Assembly: GCF_963921235.1 (NCBI RefSeq)
Contig: NC_086097.1
Coordinates: forward strand, 217,250,001 to 217,314,000
Direction of reading: 5' to 3'
Length of the DNA: 64,000 nucleotides
Origin: Mobula hypostoma
Lineage: Eukaryota
The position numbers were made by a program, and so were the translations under genes. This document shows, piece by piece, positions 36,413 through 49,800 of the stretch; position 1 is the first letter of the stretch; the number at the start of each line of letters is the position of its first letter. The notes under the pieces were generated by a model. That model was given only the letters and a program-made list of their open reading frames with translations. It was not told the DNA's origin and did not search any database.

Positions 36413-36639
36413 CAAACATCATCCATACTGATTTGATGAAAATGATGCCCAGACCAAGAAGTTAATTTCAGTAAAAGAGAAAAGCCTTTTGTGAATGGGA
36501 AGACCTTCCTGAATCAAGTATGACTATGACCTTGACTATTACTGATTCTATTCACAAATCAAGGTGCATGCACAGAAGATCAGAGAATTCAAGAATGACT
36601 ATGTGGAATGAAAAGGTAGAGGAAACGCAACAGTTTACA

Positions 36640-38400
36640 GACCTGTGCAACAAAAGCCATTTATGGCCAATATTCTCGTGGTCAAATCCCCTGGGGATCC
36701 CAGTAAGGTACCATCCTCCTCAAAGACACCAGATACATCAAATCCCAACACAAAGTATCATTGACAGCACCAGTGAGTCCATTCCACAGTACCCAATCAC
36801 ACCCCACTGCCTCAGTGAGTTTTCATATGTCACCAAGGTGATGGAAAACCACAAGATTTTTAGTCCTGAAATTCCAACAAATGTTTTCCAAACTGGAAGA
36901 AAGACTTTGTTTAGTATGGTCCACAGACTCATAGTTAAGAAATGGAATTATGTACAACTAAATTATGAAGGAATTCCGACAGATTGGAGGAATGCCAAAA
37001 CAGTCAGCATAGTCCAGTGGGAAACTCCTTTCCTGAACTCGCTTGCACTGACGTCCTGCATTTTGTGATAATATCCCACAGGAGTCATAGGGTGGCTTTG
37101 GACTAGTGGGCATGACTTCTGATGTGAACATTGTGGCCAAAAGGACCCAAGAAAGATATTCAGAGCACCATCAGGAGCTGTTGTCACTTTCCCTGAAGTC
37201 TCTAAAACCCTTTGACACTATTAATCATGAATCCTGTGGTAAATACTGCTTATATTTAACTTCTGTTCATCCATATTGTGGACCACCTGCATAATCCATG
37301 GTGGTGTAGCAGTTAGCACAACACTATTACAGTTTGAGGATTCCGGAGTTCAGAGTTCAGCTCCGGTGCCATTTTGTAAGGAGTCTCTGTACATCCAACC
37401 CGTGGAATGTGTAGGTTTTCTCTGGGTCATCCAGTTTCCTCCCACAGTCCAAAGACATACCAGGTAGGTTAATTGGTCATTGTAAACTGTCCCGTTATTA
37501 GGTTAGGGTTAATTGGATTTGTCGGGGGTGCTGGGATGGTGTGACTTAAAGGGCCAGAAGGGTTAACCCTGCACTGTGTTGCCAAACAAACAAATAAATA
37601 AATAGGTTGATCAGCATGGTCCAATGGCTCAGAGACAGACCCTTTCTCCATCTGCATTGGAATCAAGTGTAGATGAATACTCACCCAACTCATTTTCCCA
37701 TTTGTTCCCCGAGAGTCATCTCATTCCTCTTCAGTGATCTCTCCCTCCAGGTTTTACCTATGAGTGCCAAATGGATGGCAAGTTGTCGATCTCTTCATGG
37801 CAAGTCCAAAATCAAGATGACATCGGTAATTAAAATTGAGAACGTTGATAACTGTGTCATTGTGCAAAGAAAGACATGCAGACCAGCAGAAAACTTTTTT
37901 CAGATGCATACAGCAGTAATACTGCAAAGAAAGGTATACATGAACTAACCCTTGGTCAGCCCACTTCACTACGATGCATCAAGACTGATGCTTGTCTTGG
38001 AGTACTTTTATTTTGTCTAGGCATTTTCTTTCCCAGGAACCATCTATTCACGCAGAGCTTTGGTGCGAAAGTGAGGTCTGGATGTTCTGCTGATGAATAG
38101 CTAATATATCATGTTTTCAACAACCGTAATCTTGAGATCCGTTCTCAGATTTGCAACTGTGAAACCTAGATTTTGTGCCAGAAACATTGAAGGAGATTGG
38201 AGTAGTATGACCATACTGCCTTAACGAGATTACTACATGGATCTTGGTGTCCATTTGGAAGCCAACATCGCCAAAATCAAAAAACATGCTTACAAAACAC
38301 GAGTTGCACTGGACAGTGCACCTCTTCAAACAACTTCTCAGAGTTCAGTCAGTGCCTAACGACTCACAGGGACTTAAAAAAAATGTTACAAGGCACCCTC
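36640..38400 (+). mobile_element. Ancient RTE-type LINE remnant, interrupted by a SINE
   Basis: Degenerate PTDWRNAK and D..IVAKRTQERYSEHHQEL…KPFDTINHE resemble the RTE RT motif DMIF..RQ.QEKC.E…KAFD.VN. Confidence 0.55.
37298..37605 (+). mobile_element. V-domain (HE1-like) tRNA SINE
   Basis: A-box-like GGTGTAGCAGTTAGCACAAC, V core GGTTTTCTCTGGG…TTTCCTCCCACAGTCCAAAGAC, (AAAT)n tail. Confidence 0.8.
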
Positions 38401-38549
38401 AAACCATTTAAGAAATAACAATTCAAACAATAAACAAAACATTTTGTTAACAACATCTATATAAGGTATCCTCCCACATCGCCTCTCTCAAGCAGAGAAG
38501 AAAAAGATTAATTGAAAAGTCGAAGAAAAAAGGAACAACAAACATATTC

Positions 38550-38686
38550 GTCCTGAAACGTCGACTATACTTTTTTCTACCGATGCTGCCTGGCCTGCTG
38601 AGTTCCTCTAGCATTTTGTGTGTGTTGCTTGAATTTCCAGCATCTGCAGAATTCCTGTTATCTGCAGATTTTCTCTTGTTTGTGAT
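38550..38686 (+). mobile_element. Penelope terminal fragment with the 3' half of a hammerhead
   Basis: 13-bp TSD AACAAACATATTC (38537-38549, 38687-38699); begins with GTCCTGAAACGTCGACT. Confidence 0.85.
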
Positions 38687-40519
38687 AACAAACATATTCA
38701 TGTCTTTCCTTGACCAATGAGTTTGGCATGTGTCTTTGGGGTTGTATCTCAAAGATTAGCACACAAGCTGCTGAGGGGTCTACAAGCCATTCTGATTCTG
38801 TATATGGGAAAGAACCTTGTCATTCTCCACGGGTTTATCTCAGAAAACTTTACTACAACAATCTGACTCGTTAGTTGGGAAAATAAGTTGCATACTGTAG
38901 TTGATGCAGTTGTTTAGTTAAATATTGGAACCATTTTTTGAATTTGTGCTCTCTATTGATAAAATCTGCTGGAAAAGTAAACATAAATAATGACATCCTT
39001 TTCAACCGTTGACAGGATGTGAGTGTTATAAACATAGTCGGCACTTATTGCCCATCTCTAACTGCTCTTGAGAAACTGGTGGTGAACCATCTTCTAGAAC
39101 AGTTGAAGTCCTCTGGTGAAAGTATACTCAGAGCACTGTTGGGTTCAGATTTTGTGAATTTAGACCCAGTTACAAGGCCACTCTCCTGGAAGAAAAGAAC
39201 GAATATTCTGGTATTCTATGTACTGAATGCCTTTGTATCCCTTAATATTATGAGTCACAGATTTGAGAGGTGCCAATAGAATTACCTCAGCAAGTAGCTG
39301 CAGTGAATTGTGTAGATATCACTTGCAGCAGCCATTGTCCACAATCAGAGAAGAGAACGAATATTTTAATCAGTGGCTGAGTTGTAAGTAAAGTGAGATA
39401 CTTTCTCCTGAATACTGTTGAGTTTCTTCAGCATTAGAACGTGCAACGCCTTTGGAGAACTGAACTAGATTTAGGCAGCATAAGACACATCCATTAGAAG
39501 TCTTGTACCAGTCCTCTGAGTAAAACACTCTGGAAATTAAAAAAAAATTCTTTGCTGTTTGGAAAGTCTGTTGTGAATGTCTGCTTCCTATGATAATTAT
39601 GAAAATACAAAGCTGTGATAATTAGGATCACAGGTCAGATGATTCTGAAATCTGCTGGACGCAGTGATTCTCAAACCTCATTTGTAGAAGTAAAGAATAT
39701 TGAAGACCCATTTTTATCAGGGAGCACTCAAATATTATTTGATTTACATTTTGTCAAATTAGTAATTCAATTTTGAATTAGACAAAATCATGCAATTTTT
39801 AGAAAAAGGAGTCATTAGATTGGAAATACTGTTGTACTCAACTTTAGTGTTATATTTTGTAGTTTTAAGGTTAATTAAATTTCAGATGCAGGTGTGTTAT
39901 AAACATATTGCATAATTCTGCATATAAATATATGTCAATTGAATATTAATGTCCTTAAATGGAATATTTTTTCTTTCCAATTTTCTTTTTCCACTCCACC
40001 CCTTCACCGTCCGTTCCCGTTTATTTCATTCAACTAACTATTGCTTATGAATCCATACTGAGGATGAAGCAGGTTATTTATTTGCAAGGAGATAACCAGT
40101 CCTAGCCTTATTCAGTATGTAGACTGTCATGCAAAGAACAAAGCTTGATGGATAGTGACCTGAAGCAGGAACCTGTGTCTTTATTCTGTCTCAGCTGAGA
40201 TGTAATAAATTAATATACACTTGCCATTAACCTAAAGTTGTTTTAGGATGTTTACAATGGTTTAGATGGTAGATCCAAGGATACTGCGGCCAATGGATGG
40301 GGTGGACACTGGGCCCTGAGGGGGGGTGATGTGGGGTGGAAGAACAAATTAGGAAAATTACTTGACCTGGATGATTAGGAGCTTCATGGGTGTTGTTGCA
40401 GCTCGGCTCCCCAGAGATTCCACTGAGTTCTATTTTTAGAGAGTGGAAAGGTTTTGAGGATTATGAGCTGAGCTATTATGTCATGTGCACCTGAACTGTA
40501 TCTGCCCTTGTCATAGCAT

Positions 40520-42547
40520 TGTTAGGTAATGTAAATTGGGGAAATGTACATAATTCATCACCACCAACATTGAGTTGGGGTTTTGCTCGAGGAGGCTGGG
40601 CTGATGTGATGACATTATTACGCAAGGATTTTTAGCGCAATTTTTGCTTAGGTTTTTGGAGTTCAATAAAATGTGTTACGGGTTTCGTTAAACATAAAAC
40701 ACCTCACTTTGTTTTATTTGCAAAAACCTACACTGGTGACCTCAATGCTCTAGGACATTCCAGAATTATTGAACATGTCGGCCAACACAGTCACTTTAAA
40801 ACAGTGTGAGTTTTGAGAGCAAAATGCTGTCGCTTGCTTTGTACAAGCTGAGGCCTAGTTCGCTCTGTGAGAAATCACCACCAACGACACCAAATTCTAC
40901 AACGTGGTAGTGTCGCTCAGCAACTCCAGGGCTGGGAGACTGGTGGGTCTGTCTGAACACGATAAATACTGATTGCTGAAGACTCACCTTTTACAGACTT
41001 TTGGACTATCAGAGTTGGAACATGCCAAACCGTTGCTCTCCTCATCCAGTCTCGGTGTTGCTAAGCCTCAGAGCTAATGGACCACATGCTGGCTTTCTTT
41101 GGAAAACACCATCCTTTTTTTTAAAAAGAACTCTTCCTACAGCAAATGCCTAATCAAGTTCGCATAGCCCTCACCAATGCACCCATGCACAATGCCCTAT
41201 AGGGAGTTTGCTAAAATAGCTGATCATCTACACTCAGCCAGGCAGTAGTACATCATTCCTCCTCCGTTCTCAACCTCAATAAGCCCAGTCAGCAAGCCTT
41301 CAACAGAAAGGACGACATGATTGGACTGCACCTTGTGTGGAGTGCCAGCAGGCAAAAGTTAGCTGTCAAGTTCGGGCACCATTGGCACTTTTCGAGGTCC
41401 CTGAGCGACAGTTTGCTTATGTCAATGTAGACCTTGTTGGTACTCCTCTCCCAACCCATGGTTTCACGCACCTTCTTACCACAGTGGACCGTACCACCTG
41501 GTGGCCAGAGGTCATCCCTTTAGCGTCGACAATGGCCACAGGCATGGCTCGGGCGTTCATCAGCAGCTGGGTTGCTCGGTTTGACATCCCATCTGATAGT
41601 TCCTCAGATCACAGTCCCCAGTTCATCTCAGACCTCTGGGCTGCGATGGCCCAGCACCTCGGTGTTAGGATACATCACCCATAGTCCAATGGCCTATGCA
41701 AGTGGTTTCACCGCCCCTTCAAGGCTGCCCTGACCAATGAGCATGATCGTTTCTCATGGGTCTTGCTGGAGCTCAGAACCTCTCCAAAGGAGGCCCTGCA
41801 GTCATCTGTGGCTGAGTTGGTATGCTGGCAGCCATTATGAATACTGGGTGATCTCATTCCTGTCGCCGTGACCAACAGCATTCTAACCTCCTCAGTAAAC
41901 TCAATTCCTTTTCACCTATTCCTACCTCCCAGCATGGTGTACAGCACAGTCAGGTTCCTGTTGACCTAATTCTGCCTCATTTGTTTTTGTCCACCATGAC
42001 GCACACCAACATCCCCTTAGGCCCCCTTACAGTGGCCTCTTCCGCATTTTGGAATGGGGAGAAAAGGTTTTTATGACAGATAAGAGGGGTAAGCTTGAAT
42101 ATATTTCAGTAGGTTGCCTTAAACTGACCCACCAGGATTTGGAGTATTCCACCGCCATGCCCTGGCATCACGACATAACCATGAGCGTGTTAACGCACCT
42201 CTGGGCAAGCCAGAGGTACCTGCAGTTCCTCCACCTATGGAACACAGGAGCTGAGCCAAGCTGGTTGTCCGAGCTCCAGACAGGCTCACAATGTCAGTTT
42301 TAGTGAATTCTGTGCGGGGGGCCAGAGGGGGTGCTGTGTAGGGTAATGTAATTGGGAGAAGTGTACATAATTCAGTCACTGACATTGAGTTGGGGTTTTG
42401 CTTTAAGAGGCTGGTCTGACGTGATGACGTGGTTACGTAAAGATTTTTCAGCACACTTTTCTGTTCAGGTTTTGGAGTTCAATAAAATGTGTTACGGGTT
42501 TCATTAACTATAAAACGCCCCACTTTGTTTTATTTGCAAATCCCACA
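40520..42547 (+). mobile_element. Gypsy LTR retrotransposon, internally deleted (gag and integrase remnants)
   Basis: LTRs at 40520-40732 and 42337-42547 (TGT…ACA); 4-bp TSD GCAT (40516-40519, 42548-42551); PBS-like TGGTGACC at 40734; G-rich PPT at ~42316-42331. Gag remnant FVQAEA.FAL.EIT..DTKFY and integrase VNVDLVG…LTTVDRTTWWPEVIPL…WVARF…SD..PQF. Confidence 0.9.
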
Positions 42548-43689
42548 GCATTAACATGACTGGTCTAGTTCAGTTTCTGGACACTATGTTCAGAGGGAAT
42601 CTAGCCATCCACCTCGAACCACAGACTATTTCTCGCTCAGGTTTATTCTGTCAGCCACAGCCACCATGCTTGATGTTAGGCTAGTCTCCAGCCACTAAAG
42701 AGCTCCCATTGATTTCTTCTTTTCTGAGCCTTGCACTAAACTCACTCACATCGGATTTACTATTGGCAGATACAGGTACCTTAAATCAGCTTTTCCACAC
42801 CTATTTCGCTCTTCACCAGCTACTCCAGGTGATTAAGGAGGCATTTCCCAAATACAAATTTGATAAGCTTTTTATTTTCAAGGAGCAGAGGAAGAGCAGG
42901 ATGCATCAGAATGCATCCAGCATTGACTCTTCATTCAGCCGCCAGTGACTCCCTCACAGGAAGTAAGTCACACACACTTCCCAGCATTTTGAGAAGAATT
43001 GCCAAAATAGGCAACAAGAAGGCTCTGTGTTCTGGGATGACTAACAAGGCATTTGAGCCAGACTGGGGTTTAGCAGGAATAACCAAAAGAATATCACATC
43101 ATTTTAGTTTGAGTCAAGAATTAAGATGAACTGTCAAGATAAGCTGTAACATCCCAGAATTCAATTGATCATCAATTTGATATTAAAAATGTTAAAGATT
43201 TTTTTTTTAAGTTTAAGAAAGTTGTCCTTGCTTTCATTGAGATCACAATGTTGGGGTCACTTTGAAATACAAAATAAAAATAATTTGCATTTTAAATATT
43301 TCCTGTTTGCTTTGAATATTAATGGTGGGGTATGAATGAAGAATTGAAATGAGGCTAAAAGAAGAGAAGGAACAATGTTTGAGATGTGCAGATTTTGCCA
43401 AGGTCAACACACCTGCAAAATCATCATCAAAGAGGGTAGAATTCCTCCAGAATGGTGCCGGGATTGTAAACTATTCTTCCTTAATGCCATAGGAAATGCC
43501 AAATGGTTGGAGTGTGTATTGCTTTTCCCATCCAACAAAAACAACTAGAAATAACAACATCCCACCCCTTTCAAGACCTACTCGATGTGTCTATATTTAG
43601 CCTAACTAAACTCAGTGCAAGCTTGAGGAACAGCACCTTGTTAAAAATCAAATGGTAGTAAGCTCTCAGCTTAATTATCACTTCAGGGC

Positions 43690-46166
43690 AATATTATGGT
43701 AATCATTGGAGACTTTAACATGCAGGTCAATTGGAAAAATCAGGTTGGTAGTGGATCTCAAGAGAGTAAGTTTGTTGAACACCTAAGAGATAGCTTTTCA
43801 GAGCAGTATTTCGTTGAGCTTACTAGGGGATCAACTATACCGGATTGGGTGTTATGTAATGAACCAGAGGCAATTCGGGAGCTTAAGGTAAAAGACCCCT
43901 TAGGAACCAGTGATCACAATATGAGTTCAACTTGAAATTCGATAGGGAGAAAGTGAAGTCTGATGTAGCCGTATTTCAGTGGAGTAAGGGGAATTACAGT
44001 GGTCTGAGAGAGGAGTTGGCCAAAGTAAGTTGGAAGGAGCTGCTGGCAGGGATGTCAGCGGAGCAGCAATGGCGTGTGTTTCTGGGAAAAATGAGGAGGG
44101 TGCAGGACCTATGTATTCCAAAAATGAAGAAATACTCAAATGATAAAATAGTACAACCACGACTGACAAGGGAAGTCAAAGCTATTGTAAAAGCAAAAGA
44201 AAGGGCATACAACAAAGCAAAACTTAGTGGGAAGACAGAGGATTAGGAAGTTTTTGAAAACCTACAGAGAGCAACTAAAAAATCATTAGAAGAGAAAAGA
44301 TGAAATATGAAAGCAAGCTAGCAAATAATATCAAAGCATCAAAGTAAAAGTTTTTTCAAGTATGTTAAAAATAAAAGAGGAATGAGAGCGGATATAAGAC
44401 CACTAGAAAATGAGGCAGAAAAAAATAATAATGGGGGACAAGGAGATGGCTGATGAATTAATTGAGTATTTTCCATCAGCCTTTACTGTGGAAGACACTG
44501 GCAGTATGCCTGATGTTGTAGTGTGTGAAGGAAGAGAAGTGGTGCAATTACTATTACAAGAGAGAAGGTGCTCAAAATGCTGAAAGACCTAAAGGTACAT
44601 AAGTCACCCGGACCAGATGAATTGACCCTAGGGTTCTGAAAGAGATAGCATTAGAGATTGTGGTGGCATTAGAAATTAACTTTCAAAAATCATCGGACTC
44701 TGGCATGGTACCAGAGGACTGGAAAATTGCAAATGTCACTCCACTCTTTAAGAAAGGAGGAAGGCAGCAGAAAGGAAATTATAGACCAGTTAGCCTCACC
44801 TCAATGGTTGGGAAGATTTTAGAGTCAATTGTTAAGAATGAGGTGATGGAGTAGCTGGTGACACAGGACAAGATAGTACAAAGTCAGCATGGTTTCCTTC
44901 AGGAAAAATCCTGCCTGACGAATCTGTTGGAATACTTTGAGATGATTACAAGTAGGATAGGTAAAGGGAATGCAGTGGATGTTGTATATTTGGACTTTCA
45001 GAAGGCCTTTGACAAGGTGCCACACATGAGGCTGCTTACCAAGTTAAGAGCCCATGGTATTACAGGAAAGTTACTAACATGGTTAGAACATTGGCTGATT
45101 GGTAGGAGGCAGCGAGTGGAGATAAAGGGACCCTTTTCTGGTTGGCTGCCAGTGACTAGTGGTGTTCCGCAGGGGTCGGTTTTGGGACCACTTCTTTTTA
45201 TGCTGTATATAATTGATTTAGATGATGGCTTTTTTGCCAGGTTTGCAGATGATTCGAAGATTGGTGGAGGGGCAGGTAGCGTTGAGGAAACAGGTAGTTT
45301 GCAGAAGGACTTAGACCGATTAGGAGAATGGGCAAGGAAGTGGCAAATGAAATACAATGTTGGAAAATGGATGGTCATGCTCTTTGGTAGTAGAAATAAA
45401 TGTGCAGACTATTTTCTAAACAGGGAGAAAATCCAAAAATCTGAGATGCAATGAGACCTGGGAGTCCTTGTGCAGAACACCCTAAAGGTTAACTTGCAGG
45501 TTGAGTCAGTGGTGAGGAAGGCAAATGCCATGTTAGCATTCATTTCAAGAGGTCTAGAATACAAGAGCAAGGATGTGATGCTGAAGCTTTATAAGGTACT
45601 GGTGAGGTCTCACCTTGAGTATTGTGAACAGTTTTGGGCCCCTCATCTTAGAAAAGATGTACTGGCATTGGAGAGGGTCCAGAAGAGGTTCATGAGGATG
45701 ATTCCAGGAATGAAAGGGTTATCATATGAGGAATGTTTGATGGCCCTGGGCCTGTACTCACTGGAATTCAGAAGGATGAGGGGGGATCTCACTGAAACCT
45801 TTCGAATGTTGGAAGTTTAGACAGTAGATGTGAAAGAATGTTTTCCATGGTGGGAGAGTCTAAGACAAGAGGACACAGCCTCAGGATAGAGGGGTGCCCT
45901 TTCAAACCAGAGATGCAGAGAAATTTCTTTAGCCAAAAGGTGGTGAATTTGTGGAATCTGTTGCCACATGCAGCTGTGGATGCCAGATCATTGGGTGTAT
46001 TTAAGGCAGAGATTGATAGGTTGATTGGACATGGCATCAAAGATTACCGGGAGAAGGTCAGGAACTGGGGTGGAGGAGGAGAAATAAAAAAGGATCAGCC
46101 ATGATTGAATGGCAGAGCAGACTCAATGGGCCAGATGGCCTAATTCTGCTCCTATGTCTTATGGTC
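43690..46166 (+). mobile_element. CR1 LINE, near-complete ORF2 with stops and frameshifts
   Basis: IIGDFN, SDHN, YRPVSL, DFQKAFDKVPH, GVPQGSVLGP, FADD, QKVVNLWNLLP; tail CTTATGGTCTT. Confidence 0.93.
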
Positions 46167-46696
46167 TTCAACAAATTCCTTATAAAATTCTCTTGGATTG
46201 GCAAAAACAGAATATTTTTATTCGTTGGCAGGAGGATCCTTGGGTTCCTCTTCACACCCTATTTCTCCAGTCAATACAAAACAGAGACTGCTCTTGTGCA
46301 CTTCAGGCCTTGGGCACTGGCTCCATTCCTTCAGAGACACTGTCCCTGAGATTTCAGAACAGCTAACCTTTCAGGTCAATGACACTTCAAAGCCGGCTAA
46401 ATGAGAAAACAAATGGGTTATACTTTTCAGAGACGGAGAGGAACAGAGGGAGAAAATGTATGACAGGATGGAGACCATAGTTATCTATGTGACACATTGC
46501 TCTTGGTGCTACTAAGTTTAAAGATGAATGAGAGTGGTGGGAGGTTAAAAAATAAAGGAATTGCTAGAACCATAAGAGGCAGAAATACAGCATTTGCTGG
46601 AAATGTGAAATAAAGGGGAATACTAAAAATATCCGGTAGATCAAGCAGCATCTTTGGAGAAAAGAATAAATTAAAGTGAATGGAGTTATATATATG

Positions 46697-46873
46697 CAAA
46701 CAACAGGAATTCTGCAGATGCTGGAAATTCAAGCAACACACATCAAAGTTGCATCAAACTAACCTGACGAAGTCCTGACGAAGGGTCTCGGCCTGAAACG
46801 TCGACTGCACCTCTTCCTACAGATGCTGCCTGGCCTGCTGCGTTCACCAGCAACTTTGATGTGTGTTGCTTGA
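46697..46873. mobile_element. Penelope terminal remnant with inverted ends and intact hammerhead
   Basis: 13-bp TSD AGTTATATATATG (46684-46696, 46874-46886); inverted repeat TTCAAGCAACACACATCAAAGTTGC; hammerhead at 46771-46806. Confidence 0.88.
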
Positions 46874-49800
46874 AGTTATATATATGATTTTTTTGTACTT
46901 AATCAAGCTCATCAATAATTTCTGAACTATTGTTCAGAGCCTATGAAGTGATATTATTTGGGCATCAATGATAATCAAGAGATTCTGTATTAATGTTTTA
47001 CACAATCTTATTTCAGAGGACTGAAATAAAGTGAACAGGTGCTCATGCTAATGAACTTTAGTGATACAGTAGATGTTGCTAGAGAAATTAGACACCATTT
47101 AATTATGCTTGGGCATAATAACTTATTATTAAATGTCATATTCACTGCAGCCATCCTTATTATATTAAATTAAAAATACTGGATTGTATATATGCAGTTC
47201 ATGCATCTTGGCCAGTAGAAAACAATTAAGAATGCATTTGCTTCAAACTGAACACAAGATGGAGTAAGCTTAAAACTTGGAGGAATGTCCCAGTCCATTT
47301 TTATACCTTTCCATAGGTAAGACCATAACATATAGGAACAAAATTAGGCCATATGGCACATTATGTCTGTTCCGCCATTCCATCAGGGCTGAATTATTAT
47401 CCCTCTCAACTCCATTCTCCTGCCATCAGATGACGAAAGTGAACTTAAGGGAGTTTTTAAGAACAAATATTATAAATCCAATCTGAACAATAATAAGTGA
47501 TTTTTTTTTAAATGCAGATTTTGGAAATCTAAAATACTAACAGGAAATGCTGGGAATGGATACACCTGTGGGAAGAGAAACAGAGCTAGTGTTTCAGGTT
47601 CAAGATCCTTCAGAACTGGGAAGCAGACAGAAGAAGATTGTAGAGGGACGTAAAGGGACGTGACACCCAGGATCACTCAAGGACTGACCTCGAGTTTTTC
47701 CAGTATTTTCAGTTTTTATTTTAGTGAACATTAATAACTATTTGAATAATTTTCTACAAAAGCATCCCCTGATAACTTAAAGAGAAGTGGCCAAGGATTA
47801 AGTGAAAATTTGAGTCAAAACTTTATCAGCCATTCAAAACACACACATGGACACACACACGGACATACACGCACACACACACATGCAACACGCACTTTAA
47901 TAATTGTCTCCACCTTCTACATAATAATTCAGTGTTTAAGGTGCAAACCTTTCAGGTTCTGCCTCCATTTAGGGTGAGTGGAGAAGCATTCACATGAAGA
48001 CACAAACAATGAGCTTTGATCACGGAAGAAGTCATTGAGTTACAGAATGTCATAGTGAGAACAGGGACATAAAAGTCTTTAGAATAAGAACAAAGAAGCA
48101 AGTAAATCAGAAAATATATAGATGAGTAATACCTGAAACAATGTTAAAGTGATGGAACTTATTTGTAAATGGTAGTCTGTGCATTGACCTAAGAAGGCCA
48201 ATGATTGAGCTTAGAAGGGACAAAAACAAAAGTCCTGGATGTATCCTCTGATCTATTCCAAAGCAGTTCAATCAATGTTGTGGTACATATTTCCATATGA
48301 ATTTAAACAGTGAATACACAGCTTCACTTCTCCAATTACAATCTCACAATCCCACTTTATTAAGGATGCATATATCCCATAAAATATTTCTTAAAGTCTT
48401 TGGCAGGAAATTTTAATACTTAACAATTCAAGCTCAGTAACTAAGAAGAGAATATAGATTTCCTTCCTTGAGCTCTAACCTTCTTGCTTCCTCTCCACAT
48501 TCCCTCAGCAGACTTGAAATGCATTGCTTACAGACTGAGTAAATTCTTTGGTCAAGGTGTGGTACCATGGTAGTAATGTGAGCGATAGTTTTATGCTATC
48601 ATTAGTATTCATTAATAAACTGAAGTACATAAACGATGAGAAAGCATTCAGCCAAACATGAAGCAAAAATGTTCCCACCACTCCCACCTACCATCTTTAG
48701 CAAATCTGCTTCTTTTTGTTGAATAGTGCATTGTCAACAAACTGGATTCCAAAAATAACCACAGTATGTGCTGAGTATATAGATTTTTTGGGAGAACGCT
48801 GGCTATTCAGGTTTTCTCAGATACTTTGTTCTTACTTGGTGCCAAAGAGTATTTTGTAAAATGGTGGTTATTCCCTCTCAAATGCATGTCCCACCACTGG
48901 TAATCCATAGGGTCACAGCTGACCAGAAAATTAACTAGATCTAGCACATAACTAGCATGTCAGCAAGAGTAGATTAGTGGGAGATATCTTATGGTAAGTG
49001 TTCTGAAAACCCAGAACATTTCTACTGTCTAAGAAGCACAGACCCGAAGTGCAACGGAGGACTCTCTACTGCCTGGATGCCCACAGCTCCTAGAAATCTC
49101 AAGATGTTACACAACATTCAGGACAGGTACCCCTTCCCTGCATTGAATACCATGGACTCAACAAAATCACTGTTAAGAACCGTTGATGAAATGCACATTT
49201 TGCGAGACCCAGATCGTCACCAAACTATATCTATGGAGTGTATTCAACCTGGTCCATATATGCCAATTGGGAATGAGTGGAAAACAGGTTCCTAACACTC
49301 ATTGGCCACTACAAACATTTGATGATACCTTCCAGACTTTCCAACAGTCCTGCTGTTTTCCAAGCCTTCATTCACAAGATCCTCCAAGGTAAGTTACACA
49401 GGTCTGTGTTTGTTTACCTTGGTGACATCCTCATCTTCTCCAAGGACTTCCAAGAACACATCTATCACATCCATTCAGTCCTTCAGCATCTCCTCAAAAT
49501 CAAAATGTACTGTAAGTTAGAGAAATGCCAGTTCCACATCCCAGTCATTTCCTTACTGGGATATGTCCTTTCACCCCAAAGCATAATCACTGGCCTGTGA
49601 ATGGTGCCAACCACACTCCCTCAAGCAGTTACAACACTTTTTGGGCTTCTCCAACTTCTGCCACCATTTCATCAGGAACTACAGCCAAATCGCAACACCT
49701 CTCACCTACCTCGTGGATAACCTGGTCTGCTGCCATGGCCCACACATTCAAGGAGCTTCAGAAATGTTTCACCACTGCTCCCATTCTCTGCCAGCCAAAC

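Noticed and set aside
37298..37370. tRNA-like A/B boxes
   Set aside because: They form the head of a V-domain SINE; no complete cloverleaf is present.
48520..48585. J-segment-like FGQG (TTTGGTCAAGGT) near GTMVV
   Set aside because: The two motifs are out of frame, an in-frame stop follows, and there is no convincing nonamer-spacer-CACTGTG upstream.
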